Origin: a virus
Taxonomy: Duplodnaviria; Caudoviricetes
Reading direction: 5' to 3' (one strand)
Virus record (IMG/VR): IMGVR_UViG_3300021387_001565
Location: 64,001 to 128,000 of that record
DNA: 64,000 bases
Part shown: in pieces, positions 1 through 10,054 of the stretch
Layout of the letters: each line of letters begins with the position of its first letter
How positions within the stretch are numbered: position 1 is the stretch's first letter
Program-made: the position numbers and the translations under genes
The notes under the pieces: generated by a model
Seen by the model: only the letters and a program-made list of their open reading frames with translations
Told to the model about the DNA's origin: nothing
Databases searched by the model: none

Positions 1-579
1 TGCATAGGTATTCGCAACAGTAATAGTGTCAAGATTGATGGTATTAACACCAAATTCTCGAACACCATAACGACACACATCAAGCATATCTAACGCAGTA
101 CCATGTTCATCTGCTACAGCAACAAGGTAACGGATGGGTGACTCCGTATTTAACTTCAATCCACCACGTGCCCGACTCGATGACTCGGTTACATAGTAGT
201 ATCCACCGTGTCCATCTCGGTCTGTATAAAAACCTGTGGTTTTGAAAAGTGTGTCCACAGGCATAGTAAGCAAGTCTGCGAGAGCAGGCATGGTACTGTA
301 TAATTCAACACTACCATACATCTCTTCAATTTTCTCACTAGAGTAGGTTGTTGACGATGAAGGGGCACTATCGTCAATTATCGATGGCTCATCATCAGTA
401 AAAAAGACATACTCATACTTCTCTTGCTCTGATGCAGGAAGAGCTTCCCACTCGGCATGTGTTCCATTCCATATAAGATAATTAAATTCACTTTCAATTT
501 TTTGACTCGAATATCCTGTGGCATTGGATACGTTATTGTCATCAATATGATTGTTTGGAAAATTTTGAATTAAAGCCAT
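1..579 (-). CDS. Tail spike/fibre-like protein, N-terminal part (runs off window edge)
   Basis: Manual translation from ATG at 579 (MALIQNFPNNHIDD...TGFYTDRDGHGGYYY...LDVCRYGV) is open to position 1; not in the ORF track. GFY...DGxGG.Y and DVxxYG motifs resemble the start of beta-helical tailspikes; AGGAG RBS upstream. Confidence 0.55.
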   Translation of the reverse strand, partial: MALIQNFPNNHIDDNNVSNATGYSSQKIESEFNYLIWNGTHAEWEALPASEQEKYEYVFFTDDEPSIIDDSAPSSSTTYSSEKIEEMYGSVELYSTMPALADLLTMPVDTLFKTTGFYTDRDGHGGYYYVTESSSRARGGLKLNTESPIRYLVAVADEHGTALDMLDVCRYGVREFGVNTINLDTITVANTYA

Positions 580-659
580 TTCCGTTTCTCCTTTTATAAT
601 AAAAATGAGGTGTCCTACAACATTACGGGGTCTTTAATTTATAATACAATCAAAAATAA

Positions 660-790
660 GTGAACTACCACGCACCTAAAGGTACGTGGCTTCTAAGAGC
701 CTTGCGACTCTATTTAAGAAGTCTGACCGCTTAAGCAATCCTTATTCTTACGGGCGTGTCCACTTCGCCCCTACTGTATAGAGTCCGAAG
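660..790 (-). ncRNA. omega/reRNA scaffold of the tnpB element
   Basis: Overlaps tnpB 3' end and right-end hairpin; guide would be the flank 3' of TTCAC (positions below 660). 5' boundary approximate. Confidence 0.6.
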
Positions 791-1981
791 ACTCACAACG
801 CTACTTTTACGAAGAATGTTTAATGCCCCGTTTATATCGGCATTAAGCGTTTTACCGCCTTTAGTTTTGTACTCACCCCTGTGTATCCGCTTACCGCTAA
901 ACTTGTATTCTTTTGGGTTGTCATCATTATATGCGGGAATAGTATCTTTATCCCAAAAAGATGCCTTAGAAGTATAAGATTCTTCCTGCTTTACAAATGT
1001 GATACCGTTAAGTTCGCAAAGATAGGCTAACTTATCACGCAACTGGCCATAAGGGATATTTACAAAGGTCTGGTTATTACGTTTACCCATATTGGTATCA
1101 CGCTGGAATGTTTCGTTATACCCAACGACAAGCGTACCTATATCATTAGTGATACAGTAATCTACGACCTTACGAGCAACTTTGTTCATATAATCATTTA
1201 CTTTGTTGTTGCGGTTACTTGCGATAGCCTTCTGGCGGGCAGTAGTCTTCTTTCCAAAATGTTGTTTATCCTTGATGGATTGTAAACGAGCATTTTCCTT
1301 ATTGAGCCACTGGTTGATGGATTTAAGCCTTCTTCCGTCAATAATGAACGAATTGCCTTTGCTTGATACTGCGGTTACAAGGTTGTTTATCCCGAGGTCA
1401 AGAGCAAGTGCGTTTGATTTGTTAAGATTTCTCTGGATGCATTCAGCTTCATAGATATACTGTATCTCAAAGAACCTTGCTTTTGTTTTAGGAATGATAC
1501 GGATTTCCTTAACCTTTTTATCAAACAGGATAGGTGGTATCGTTATCTCTACGGTTTTATGTGTTTTTCTGAAACTGTTAGAAAACGGAAGTATCAGTTT
1601 ATTGCCGTTAAGCCGTACAAAACCGATTACAAGTGTTGTATATCCGTCTTTCGGAAGATAATGCGGCAGCTTACAATCTTTGAAAGCATACTTGCCCTGC
1701 TTTGCAAGTTTAAGCAGACCAAAGAATGATTTGAAACTGCCATCAACCTCTTTGAGTATCTGCTGTGCCATATTGGAATTTAAGGCTTTGTAGTTAGGAC
1801 TGTTTTTCAAAAGTGCATAGTTTTTCTCATAGTTGAGGTATTCACCTTCTGCAAAGTAATACTGCCTTACGTTATAGATAGCCTCGTTTGCAAGGCTTTT
1901 AGCCACGTGGCAAAGTTCCTTTACAGTTTTGTAATCTTCCTTTGACAGATGCTTAACCTGTTGTTTTACAGATAAGTACAT
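731..1981 (-). CDS. tnpB: RNA-guided endonuclease TnpB
   Basis: 416 aa; RuvC-I LALDLGINNL, EESYTS, RuvC-III NADINGALNILRK; flanked by IS605-type ends. Confidence 0.92.
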   Translation of the reverse strand: MYLSVKQQVKHLSKEDYKTVKELCHVAKSLANEAIYNVRQYYFAEGEYLNYEKNYALLKNSPNYKALNSNMAQQILKEVDGSFKSFFGLLKLAKQGKYAFKDCKLPHYLPKDGYTTLVIGFVRLNGNKLILPFSNSFRKTHKTVEITIPPILFDKKVKEIRIIPKTKARFFEIQYIYEAECIQRNLNKSNALALDLGINNLVTAVSSKGNSFIIDGRRLKSINQWLNKENARLQSIKDKQHFGKKTTARQKAIASNRNNKVNDYMNKVARKVVDYCITNDIGTLVVGYNETFQRDTNMGKRNNQTFVNIPYGQLRDKLAYLCELNGITFVKQEESYTSKASFWDKDTIPAYNDDNPKEYKFSGKRIHRGEYKTKGGKTLNADINGALNILRKSSVVSLRTLYSRGEVDTPVRIRIA

Positions 1982-2118
1982 ACAGTTTTACTCCTTTCTA
2001 AAGACTCGGATTTCTCCTGTATGTATATTATAGCATATATTTTACTATATTACAACGATAACAGTAAAAATATGGTCGCTTATATCCCACCACCCAATGG
2101 TAGTGGGTTTTACGCTCT

Positions 2119-2169
2119 TGTTAATAAAAAGAGCCTTATATAACTTATATAAGGCTCTTTTTATTAACA
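2119..2169. terminator. Perfect 25-bp inverted repeat, probable terminator of the tail fibre gene
   Basis: tgttaataaaaagagccttatataa-c-ttatataaggctctttttattaaca, directly downstream of 2176..5451. Confidence 0.75.
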
Positions 2170-2175
2170 GGGAGT

Positions 2176-5100
2176 TTATGCTAGTTCTATTCTGAAATTA
2201 GTAAGACTCAAGGTAGCAGGAGGGTCAATAGTTGCTCCACCATTTGTTGATGCCCTCAATATTAACTGAATCTTCGCAGACTGATTGAATAGTTGCGCCT
2301 TTCCATTATCAATAGTTTTAGTAAGTCCTCCGTTTGCCATCGTTGTTACTGCTGTTACAATATCAGGGTCTGTAGTCGCCCATGTATGAAGCTCTGCTCC
2401 TTCACCGTCGATGAAGTGAATTTCAACATACCCGGGCAGGTTTCCACCAGATAAATCGCATTCGCCAGCGTCGCATTTTAGAATAATTGCATCGCCAGCT
2501 ACAAAGGTGTGGGTTGCAGAATCCCATACTGATGTAATTTTAAGACCACCTCCACCTCTTGTAATGCTACATTCAACGTTGTTTCCGCTTGCTGTTACGG
2601 AAGAACTTGTGGTTGTTTTCGGTTCTATGCTTTCAGCATGTTCAACGTCAAGAATAATTGTAGGTGTGGGTGTCGGCTCTTCATGTGCGTAAGATATGGT
2701 TCTATCTTCACCGTTACCATATCTAATTGCATGAATTGTCTCATTTACTTGGTCAATAACAAATACATCATAAGCTGTCGCTGTAGCAACTCCTGCCGTT
2801 CTCGTTGACCCATCATTAAGCTCATACCAACCTGCACAAGTGGTGGCAATAAATGTGATTCCGTCAAGGTTCTCCACGTATAAATTGTTATGGATGTGAC
2901 CACAAAAGCAAGCTATAATCTTGTCTTTGTGTGTCTGTAATGTTGCATGGCAAGCAACAGGGTTATTCCACCCCTTGCGGTCTGCATCTTGAGGCAAATT
3001 CTCATCAAGTGGATGATGAGAGAAAATGAGCACTTTATAGCCCGTGGGAATACTAGACAGCATAGTATTCAGTACAGTATTTACGTTATAGGTCGTATAA
3101 ATCCCAGCACGCGCGTAAGAATCAAGGAATATATATCGTACTTTCAGTACGGAGTCATCATAGTAACCACTGGTATAATCAACCGAGGTAATTACTTTAT
3201 TAGCAAGTGCCTTTGTCATATGCGACTTATACACCTGCCCACGAGTTATGTTCTGATTATCCTGTCCACCTTCATGATTGCCCACGAGGAAAGCAACAGG
3301 GCAATCTGCTCCGTCCATTTGATTGTACGTGTAAATAGCAGAATCCTGCATGTTCTGTATCAACCCACCACTATTGCCGTGGGTATCTCCACCAAGAACA
3401 ACGAAGTTGAAAGGAAGTCTCTTTGTTAAATCACGAAGAGTTCTTAAGCCATAACTGACTTCATTTGTTATGTTCCTTTGCTGTGTGGTAGACGGGTTTA
3501 CAATCAAGTGTTGGTCTGTGTTAAAGCCGATGATAATAGGATTGTCAAGTGTTCCAATGTACGTATTGACTGCACTTGCTACAGACTCCATTTCAACCAA
3601 AGCATAATCGGGGTAATCATTATCCAATCCCCCCCCTGCTGTTCCCGAACAGGTAGTTAAGGTCACAGGAAGGTCTATTGTAGGAACATTTTCACAGGCA
3701 AAGGTAACTGTACTTCCACTCTGTGCTATAGCAGTTATCTTACATCTTGCGTACTCTGTCAATTGAGCAGAAGTAGCAGTAATGTCAACACCAAGAATAC
3801 CATTTCTCGTTGCGTCATAACCGACAAAAGTAAGGGTCTGACTATTATTTGTCCATCCGTTTGCGGTCAGCATCTGAGTAAGGGATAAACCGCTCTCTGT
3901 GGGCAGAGCACCTGCATCATGAGATGTTCCATTAGTATAGGTAACAATTAGGTGCTTATTAGCGTCAATGGTAACAGTCTGAACTCCGACACCTGTAGCA
4001 CCTGTAGCACCTGTATCACCCTTGTCGCCCTTGTCACCTTGCAAACCTTGTTCGCCTTGGACACCTTGGATACCTTGAACACCCTGTATACCTTGTTCAC
4101 CCTGTGCACCTGTATCGCCTTTTTCACCCTTAAGAGAAGCAAGCCACTCTTCTACAGTACCACTAAATCCTGCATCAACAGCAACATCATATGCAGATTT
4201 ACCCTGTGCTCCTGTTGCTCCTGTATCACCCTTTTCACCTTGGATACCTTGAATACCTTGCTGTCCTTGGATACCCTGCTGACCCTGCTCACCTGTGTCG
4301 CCTTTCGGTCCACGTATATTAGTCGCTGTAGGGGGAGTAGTTGTTTCACTTCTAGTCCAAGAAATGTTTCCCTCGGAATCTACAGAAGGAAGCCATGCTA
4401 CGTCGGAAGATGTTCCGCCACCGCCACCACCTTCGATAAGTCCTGCATCCTCAGTAGTGCCATCGGTATAGGTAATGATTAAGTGATTATTTGAATTAAC
4501 ACTAACGTTCTGAACGCCACGACCTGTTGCACCTGTCGCTCCCGTTTCACCCGTATCGCCTTTTTCACCACGTTCACCTTGGATACCCTGCTGTCCTTGA
4601 ACGCCCTGTGCTCCTGTGTCGCCTTTATCACCTTTGAGGGATGCAAGCCACTCCGACTCAGTTCCCGAAAAGCCTTGTTCAACAGCGATATCGTATGCGG
4701 ACTTGCCATCTGCACCTGTATCACCCTTTTCGCCTTTCTCGCCTTGAACACCTTGCGCTCCTTGGATACCTTGAGCACCTTGGATACCTTGTGCTCCTGC
4801 ATCACCTTTCTCGCCCTTCTCGCCTTGGATACCCTGCGGTCCACGTGCTCCGTCAGCACCCGCGTCACCTTTCTCACCCTTTAAGGAAGCAAGCCACTGT
4901 GTTTCTGTACCAACATATCCATGATTACGAGCAATCTGATAAGCGGACGCACCATCAGCACCTCGTTCGCCCGTGTCGCCTTTCTCACCACGTTCGCCCT
5001 GTTCTCCGCGTGCTCCTGTCTCGCCCTTCTCTCCACGGATACCCTGCTCACCTTGGAGACCGCGCTCTCCCTGTTCACCTTGGACACCTTGGATGCCCTG

Positions 5101-5451
5101 CTCGCCTTGAATACCCTGCTCACCCTGCGGTCCACGGATATTCTGCACCTCGGGCGGAAATGTGGTCTCACTTCTTATCCAAGAAATAGTTCCATCCTCA
5201 GAAACACGGGGCAACCAAGCTACGATTGATGACTGAGGCGGTGTACTGCTCTCGGCATCTACCAACTGCCAATATGCTTCGTCTGTGGGCAAAATACCCC
5301 TGCAACTTCTCTTACAAATATATTGTTTTCCGCCATACTCAACTAAGTCTAATTGCATGTAAGCGGTGTCGAAATAAAACTGTCCTCTCGGATTGGGCTG
5401 TGCGTTTCTCGCGTCGGGGTCAACCCAATTGAAAATGGATAAATCAATCAT
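2176..5451 (-). CDS. Collagen-like tail fibre with calcineurin-like metallophosphoesterase domain
   Basis: Long G-x-Q/G-x-K triplet runs; three G.SAY.(I/V)A...G(F/Y).GT...WLASLKG modules; metallophosphoesterase motifs DQH, GGD, GNHE, SHH, GHIH. Confidence 0.8.
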   Translation of the reverse strand: MIDLSIFNWVDPDARNAQPNPRGQFYFDTAYMQLDLVEYGGKQYICKRSCRGILPTDEAYWQLVDAESSTPPQSSIVAWLPRVSEDGTISWIRSETTFPPEVQNIRGPQGEQGIQGEQGIQGVQGEQGERGLQGEQGIRGEKGETGARGEQGERGEKGDTGERGADGASAYQIARNHGYVGTETQWLASLKGEKGDAGADGARGPQGIQGEKGEKGDAGAQGIQGAQGIQGAQGVQGEKGEKGDTGADGKSAYDIAVEQGFSGTESEWLASLKGDKGDTGAQGVQGQQGIQGERGEKGDTGETGATGATGRGVQNVSVNSNNHLIITYTDGTTEDAGLIEGGGGGGTSSDVAWLPSVDSEGNISWTRSETTTPPTATNIRGPKGDTGEQGQQGIQGQQGIQGIQGEKGDTGATGAQGKSAYDVAVDAGFSGTVEEWLASLKGEKGDTGAQGEQGIQGVQGIQGVQGEQGLQGDKGDKGDTGATGATGVGVQTVTIDANKHLIVTYTNGTSHDAGALPTESGLSLTQMLTANGWTNNSQTLTFVGYDATRNGILGVDITATSAQLTEYARCKITAIAQSGSTVTFACENVPTIDLPVTLTTCSGTAGGGLDNDYPDYALVEMESVASAVNTYIGTLDNPIIIGFNTDQHLIVNPSTTQQRNITNEVSYGLRTLRDLTKRLPFNFVVLGGDTHGNSGGLIQNMQDSAIYTYNQMDGADCPVAFLVGNHEGGQDNQNITRGQVYKSHMTKALANKVITSVDYTSGYYDDSVLKVRYIFLDSYARAGIYTTYNVNTVLNTMLSSIPTGYKVLIFSHHPLDENLPQDADRKGWNNPVACHATLQTHKDKIIACFCGHIHNNLYVENLDGITFIATTCAGWYELNDGSTRTAGVATATAYDVFVIDQVNETIHAIRYGNGEDRTISYAHEEPTPTPTIILDVEHAESIEPKTTTSSSVTASGNNVECSITRGGGGLKITSVWDSATHTFVAGDAIILKCDAGECDLSGGNLPGYVEIHFIDGEGAELHTWATTDPDIVTAVTTMANGGLTKTIDNGKAQLFNQSAKIQLILRASTNGGATIDPPATLSLTNFRIELA

Positions 5452-5522
5452 GTCAGTTACCTCGTGTAAAAATAGATTGTGTGCTGTATCTCTCGTCTTG
5501 TTAATCCTTATTCTTTATACAA

Positions 5523-6191
5523 TCAATGAGCGGTATCTATCGACCGATAATCAACATACTGAATTACAAAGCCGAACGGAAGCACATAGTGCAACAGGTC
5601 GTCAAGGAGAAGTATATCAACAGACGCATCACTCAACCCAATACGAAGAATGTTAACAGTTTTTATGCCTGCAAGTTCGGTAGATGTGTCACTCTCGGTC
5701 TCTTCGTCGGAGTCGCCCTGCGGTACTTCTACAGAGGTAGCCTCATTAAGATGTAAGATAGCAGACAAATTATCTAATACCCTCAAACAAGCATCTTCAC
5801 TGAGACTGCTTAAATAAACAGGTTCAATCTGAACAACACGAAAAACCACAGGAATTTTCAACTGATATATCTTGGAGTAAGCGTTAAGAGCATACTCAAT
5901 CCCCTGTCTGCACCCCTTATACCTGCGGAGCAAAGGGATAACCGATAAGATTATTCTTAACTTATCCGTAGAATATGTTTGAGACGGAACAAAACCAAGT
6001 TTAGTCTGTAGCAAGTCAAGCATATTCTCGCGGATATCATCGGTACTATTCAACTGTGGGATTGAGTCTGCGTCGTATTTAACAGCGTTAACAATGACAT
6101 CAAGTGCCCTACAAAACAACTGAAAATCACGGGACTCCGAGCAATATACCCCCGGGAGTAAGTTCTGAGTTTTGATAAATTCTGTTTGCAT
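5523..6191 (-). CDS. Baseplate wedge-like protein (P2 gpI-like, putative)
   Basis: LLP.VY...SRDFQ...LD.L...LG...RYKG...GIEYAL pattern and position after the large baseplate genes. Confidence 0.55.
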   Translation of the reverse strand: MQTEFIKTQNLLPGVYCSESRDFQLFCRALDVIVNAVKYDADSIPQLNSTDDIRENMLDLLQTKLGFVPSQTYSTDKLRIILSVIPLLRRYKGCRQGIEYALNAYSKIYQLKIPVVFRVVQIEPVYLSSLSEDACLRVLDNLSAILHLNEATSVEVPQGDSDEETESDTSTELAGIKTVNILRIGLSDASVDILLLDDLLHYVLPFGFVIQYVDYRSIDTAH

Positions 6192-6196
6192 TTTTA

Positions 6197-8290
6197 TCAG
6201 TCCTTATTTACGATGTTAATGTTTATATCACGCAACCTCGGAATAACAAATCTTGAATATGGATTAAACTTGTTGAAGTACGAACGGACATCAAACGGGT
6301 CATACGACTGTCCTTCGGACTCTCTAAACAGCGGAGCAAACCCAGGGAATTGTGCCCCCTGCCTCATCACAGCGTCAAGCACACTGTGTATTATTCTTGC
6401 TTTTTCTCTCCTCACAGCATATTCAGCCGTAGGAGTTCCGACAGGAGTGTTAAGGTACTCGCTAAACTTCAAATGGGCTTTCGTAACAGGCGCGATAGTT
6501 ATACTCTCCCATGTAGGTGTGCTCTTCGCAGTAATCTCAATACGAAGTTGGGTAATACTTATGGACTCTGTATCAGTCACACTCCCAATAGTGTAATAGT
6601 AAACACCACGCTGAGACGTATCTGCCTCAAACATAGGAATTATCTCAGTTGCCACACCTGCGTTAATTTCAGATATCTTAACCGTGCAGTCTGTGTTCGG
6701 GTTTACCATCTTTAATACATACATAGATACTCCCGCTACAGCAAAGGCAGAAAGCTCGGGAAGACTGAAAGAAATCGTGGGGGCATTATCCCCTGTTATC
6801 GTATTATTAAATCTAAATGTAATAGATTGGTCGTCAAGATAGACCAACTGCTCGGGAACACTTACGGTTGAATATGTATAAGCGTATAAAGCAAGGTACT
6901 CCGTTTTCCCATCTTCGGTAAGAAACGTAGTGTCAATGCTGTGCAATCCTGCACTGATTAAATCTCTGTTGGCAAGTAACAAAATTGCATAGTCTTCTGA
7001 GGGGTCTTCGGAAGGAATTGTCGCCGTAGCAATTTCCCCTTGGTCAAGATAGTGTACCGTAGTCCTCTGTACTGAGATATTATCATCTGATACCAACGCT
7101 GTTCCACAGATAGTCTGTGGCTTAGTGCTCGACAAATCAAGGGATAACAATGTTCTAACATCCCACGCAATGCTTGTATCTGCAATCACAGGCAGATTGT
7201 AAACTGTTGTTTCCCCGGGCACTGTGTAGGTCACGGTGAAATCTGCAAGAGTAGCAGTACCCTCGGTCACCCCTGCATTTGTAAGCCTCATCCATTTCGT
7301 AGTATCTGTACGGGTAAATGTCACGCTACAACCCTCATTAAGGTTAAGCAACTGCATTTCAGTTAAGGTAATATTTAACTCTGCTCCCTTGAAAGAATAC
7401 CAAGTATCATATGAGATAGCGTTAAGTCCGTCGGATAGTATATCGCTATAGTCAATAACATCCACATACAACGGGTCAGTGCTCTGTCCTGCAAGTCGTG
7501 TACGCTCAATCTTTGTACCTGCACCAACTATGTTCAGAGAAGAGAATGAGTTGTTTGTGTAAATGAAGTATTCCCCCGACTGTAACATGTAGGTGTCACT
7601 GCCATCGTCAAATAATGCGTATTTGTAAGCGTCTCCAACCTTAGTTTTGGAATTTCTTACCCAATAGCAATAGTTAAATTCACTTTGAAGATTTACAAGG
7701 TTAATCGCACGATTGGAAATCTGTCTATTGCCTGTAAGGATTGAAGTTACGTCCTCTGATATATGGGCATTAAGAGCTTCATCAAGAACTACCCCCTGCC
7801 CCAAAGGAAGAGTGCTACCATAAGTAGTCTCTGTCGTATAAACCGTAAATGTAGGCTTAAATATCGCTCCTGTACCAAATTTAGCATACTGATAATGAAC
7901 ATCCGCACTATCTTCGGTCTTCCAATAAACAATAATATTCTCATACGGACCGAGTTTATAATCGGTATCAACAGGAATGGTCGCGGATGAATCTTGTGTG
8001 TTAATATACTCGTACTTGACATAGTTAGAGTACGTCCGCAAATCAATGAGGTTAGGAGCAAAAAACTGTAACGTCTCATTAGGGCGCAAGGTATAAGTCA
8101 AGGCGGTATCGGGGGAGTCTTCGTAGAATACCCCAAACAGCCAATTCGTGTCTATACTAAACACCTTATCATACTGAGCCTCAGCCATCTGTTGTAACGA
8201 ATATTTAAAAGTGTCATCAAAATCAAATATCTGATACTTACCTGCAAGGTAATCTCGCATCACCATATTTGTTAATGGATTTGTCGGCAT
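6197..8290 (-). CDS. Large baseplate-associated structural protein
   Basis: 697 aa beta-rich ORF with GGAG RBS inside the baseplate cluster. Confidence 0.5.
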   Translation of the reverse strand: MPTNPLTNMVMRDYLAGKYQIFDFDDTFKYSLQQMAEAQYDKVFSIDTNWLFGVFYEDSPDTALTYTLRPNETLQFFAPNLIDLRTYSNYVKYEYINTQDSSATIPVDTDYKLGPYENIIVYWKTEDSADVHYQYAKFGTGAIFKPTFTVYTTETTYGSTLPLGQGVVLDEALNAHISEDVTSILTGNRQISNRAINLVNLQSEFNYCYWVRNSKTKVGDAYKYALFDDGSDTYMLQSGEYFIYTNNSFSSLNIVGAGTKIERTRLAGQSTDPLYVDVIDYSDILSDGLNAISYDTWYSFKGAELNITLTEMQLLNLNEGCSVTFTRTDTTKWMRLTNAGVTEGTATLADFTVTYTVPGETTVYNLPVIADTSIAWDVRTLLSLDLSSTKPQTICGTALVSDDNISVQRTTVHYLDQGEIATATIPSEDPSEDYAILLLANRDLISAGLHSIDTTFLTEDGKTEYLALYAYTYSTVSVPEQLVYLDDQSITFRFNNTITGDNAPTISFSLPELSAFAVAGVSMYVLKMVNPNTDCTVKISEINAGVATEIIPMFEADTSQRGVYYYTIGSVTDTESISITQLRIEITAKSTPTWESITIAPVTKAHLKFSEYLNTPVGTPTAEYAVRREKARIIHSVLDAVMRQGAQFPGFAPLFRESEGQSYDPFDVRSYFNKFNPYSRFVIPRLRDININIVNKD

Positions 8291-8320
8291 TTTTGTATCT
8301 CCTTAACCATATATATCTAT

Positions 8321-10036
8321 TTACGCTGTTGCAAATACACCCTGTAAAGGAAGTAGCTCCAAATCTTGAACGGCAGTAGGACCAAGTTCGTGCACAAACT
8401 CGTCAACGCTATGAGCTATCAAACGATATTCAATAGGAGCGATAATCAATGTCTTTATCCTGCTGTCGGATTTTATCACAACATCATATATCGCATTGTA
8501 ATCGGGTTCAACCCCATACTCAACTTGAGTGGCATTAAGGGACTCCCACAGAGCTGTAGAAATGTTGCTTCGCACCTCAGTAAGCTCTGCGTTTGACAAC
8601 TTCCTATTAGTTATCAAAGTTATATCAAGGTTAAAGTCTGCGTACATATAAGGGTAAAATTCAGCCGCGCTTGAAATATTCGCATATCTCACTCCAATGT
8701 GTCTTAATTCATCAAGATACAATTTAACATTCTCCGTAGGCTGTAGAACAGTCGTAAGCACCTGTCGAATAATTATGGGTGTAGCCTCATAATATGGAGC
8801 AAAAGATTTATCAAATAACTCCTTGGTTATGTTCTTATCACTTGCGATTGGAGTAAGAGCACGAATATCTATAGTAGTAGGAGCAAAGCACCCAAATAAA
8901 TCATATGCGAGAGCATATTCTGGGTCACTCGCCTCAAGAGCATCAAAATAACTCGTGTACTGTCTGCCATCCGCATCTTCACAAATGTAATTGTACGCAT
9001 AGGGAGTGTTCGTTCTATCAGACACAACACAATTAGAAACTACATTAGAAGCACGCAGATAATTCTGAAAATCCTGCCATGTAACAAGGCAGTCACAGAT
9101 ATTGACATTACGCATGTAATTCTTGTATGCGTCATCAATAGTCTCTATATCAAGCCCGCCTACAGCCGCAGAATAGTTGGTCAACTTAACATTGTCCGTA
9201 CCTACGTCTACTCCATTGATTGTAGATTCAAAAAACTGTTCAAGCGTGTACGCCTTAATGTTCCCGTTTGCTCCGTTACTTACTACGTAGTGAATTTCAA
9301 GTCCATCACCAATAAGATTGATGATATAATCAGAAAACTGAATATAGACAAGATTTGATACTGCATCTACGCCGACGAAGTAACATTTGGTGTCGGGGGC
9401 TTGCACATACAAGTTATCAACCGCTACCCATTCCGAGAAATTTTCAAGCCCGTAGTTGTTAATGAAAATTCCGTTCTCAGCAACATTGCTTGTAGGCAGG
9501 AAAATCCTGCGGCGAGAATCGAGCATTGACGTGTTAATTGTCGTCTCACCCGAAACAGACAACTGATTTACCGCTCCTTCAATAGCATCTACGGTCACAT
9601 AGTTTTTGTTTGCCGTAGCCCTCAAAGTAGCATTCTGTGTGAGAGTGAACACTGTTTCAAGCTCAGAATCCGCAACCTGTGTAAACCTCGGTATCTGAAT
9701 AACTTCGTCAGTAAACTCTCCCTTCCACAGAATAGACACATCTACGTGGGCAGACTGCAACCAATGCATGTGGTAGCCCAACTGCTGAAACAAATTTCTA
9801 GCGTTCTTGGGCTGTGTAACAGACACAGGGAAGCACTCCAACACGTTCTTATCGATGTTGTAATTGAGCTTGTCTGCCACCAATGCCATACACTTTAGCA
9901 ACACAACCCCGGGGTCGGACTCATTACTTTCCACAGGATTCCACTTGAGTGTCAGATTGTTGACGTACTCAAGTAACTCGGGAAATATCGTCTGAAAATC
10001 TTTATCCGTATAGGATTTATTGGAAATATCATTCAT
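8321..10036 (-). CDS. Baseplate wedge subunit (T4 gp6/P2 gpJ-like)
   Basis: N-terminal YTDKDFQTI...W...NESDPGVVLL...ADKLNYNID signature; later SNGANGN and GGLDIETID motifs. Confidence 0.85.
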   Translation of the reverse strand: MNDISNKSYTDKDFQTIFPELLEYVNNLTLKWNPVESNESDPGVVLLKCMALVADKLNYNIDKNVLECFPVSVTQPKNARNLFQQLGYHMHWLQSAHVDVSILWKGEFTDEVIQIPRFTQVADSELETVFTLTQNATLRATANKNYVTVDAIEGAVNQLSVSGETTINTSMLDSRRRIFLPTSNVAENGIFINNYGLENFSEWVAVDNLYVQAPDTKCYFVGVDAVSNLVYIQFSDYIINLIGDGLEIHYVVSNGANGNIKAYTLEQFFESTINGVDVGTDNVKLTNYSAAVGGLDIETIDDAYKNYMRNVNICDCLVTWQDFQNYLRASNVVSNCVVSDRTNTPYAYNYICEDADGRQYTSYFDALEASDPEYALAYDLFGCFAPTTIDIRALTPIASDKNITKELFDKSFAPYYEATPIIIRQVLTTVLQPTENVKLYLDELRHIGVRYANISSAAEFYPYMYADFNLDITLITNRKLSNAELTEVRSNISTALWESLNATQVEYGVEPDYNAIYDVVIKSDSRIKTLIIAPIEYRLIAHSVDEFVHELGPTAVQDLELLPLQGVFATA

Positions 10037-10054
10037 CGCATATATCCTCTTTCT

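Larger units (their letters stand above)
660..2123 (-). mobile_element. Non-autonomous IS200/IS605-family (IS1341-like) element carrying tnpB only
   Basis: Left end with hairpin on minus strand (AGAGCGTAAAACCCACTACCATTGGGTGGTGGGATATAAGCG) preceded by TTTAT; right end GAAGCCACGTACCTTTAGGTGCGTGGTAGTTCAC ending at 660; no tnpA. Left boundary approximate. Confidence 0.8.

Noticed and set aside
3948-5229. Multiple overlapping ORFs over the collagen region
   Set aside because: Shadow ORFs of Gly-X-Y repeats.
1-5451. Diversity-generating retroelement acting on fibres
   Set aside because: No reverse transcriptase or adenine-variable TR/VR pair seen in the window.
6197-10036. Split or frameshifted single baseplate gene
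   Set aside because: The downstream ORF has its own GGAG RBS and ATG after a 30-nt gap; no evidence of disruption without homologue comparison.
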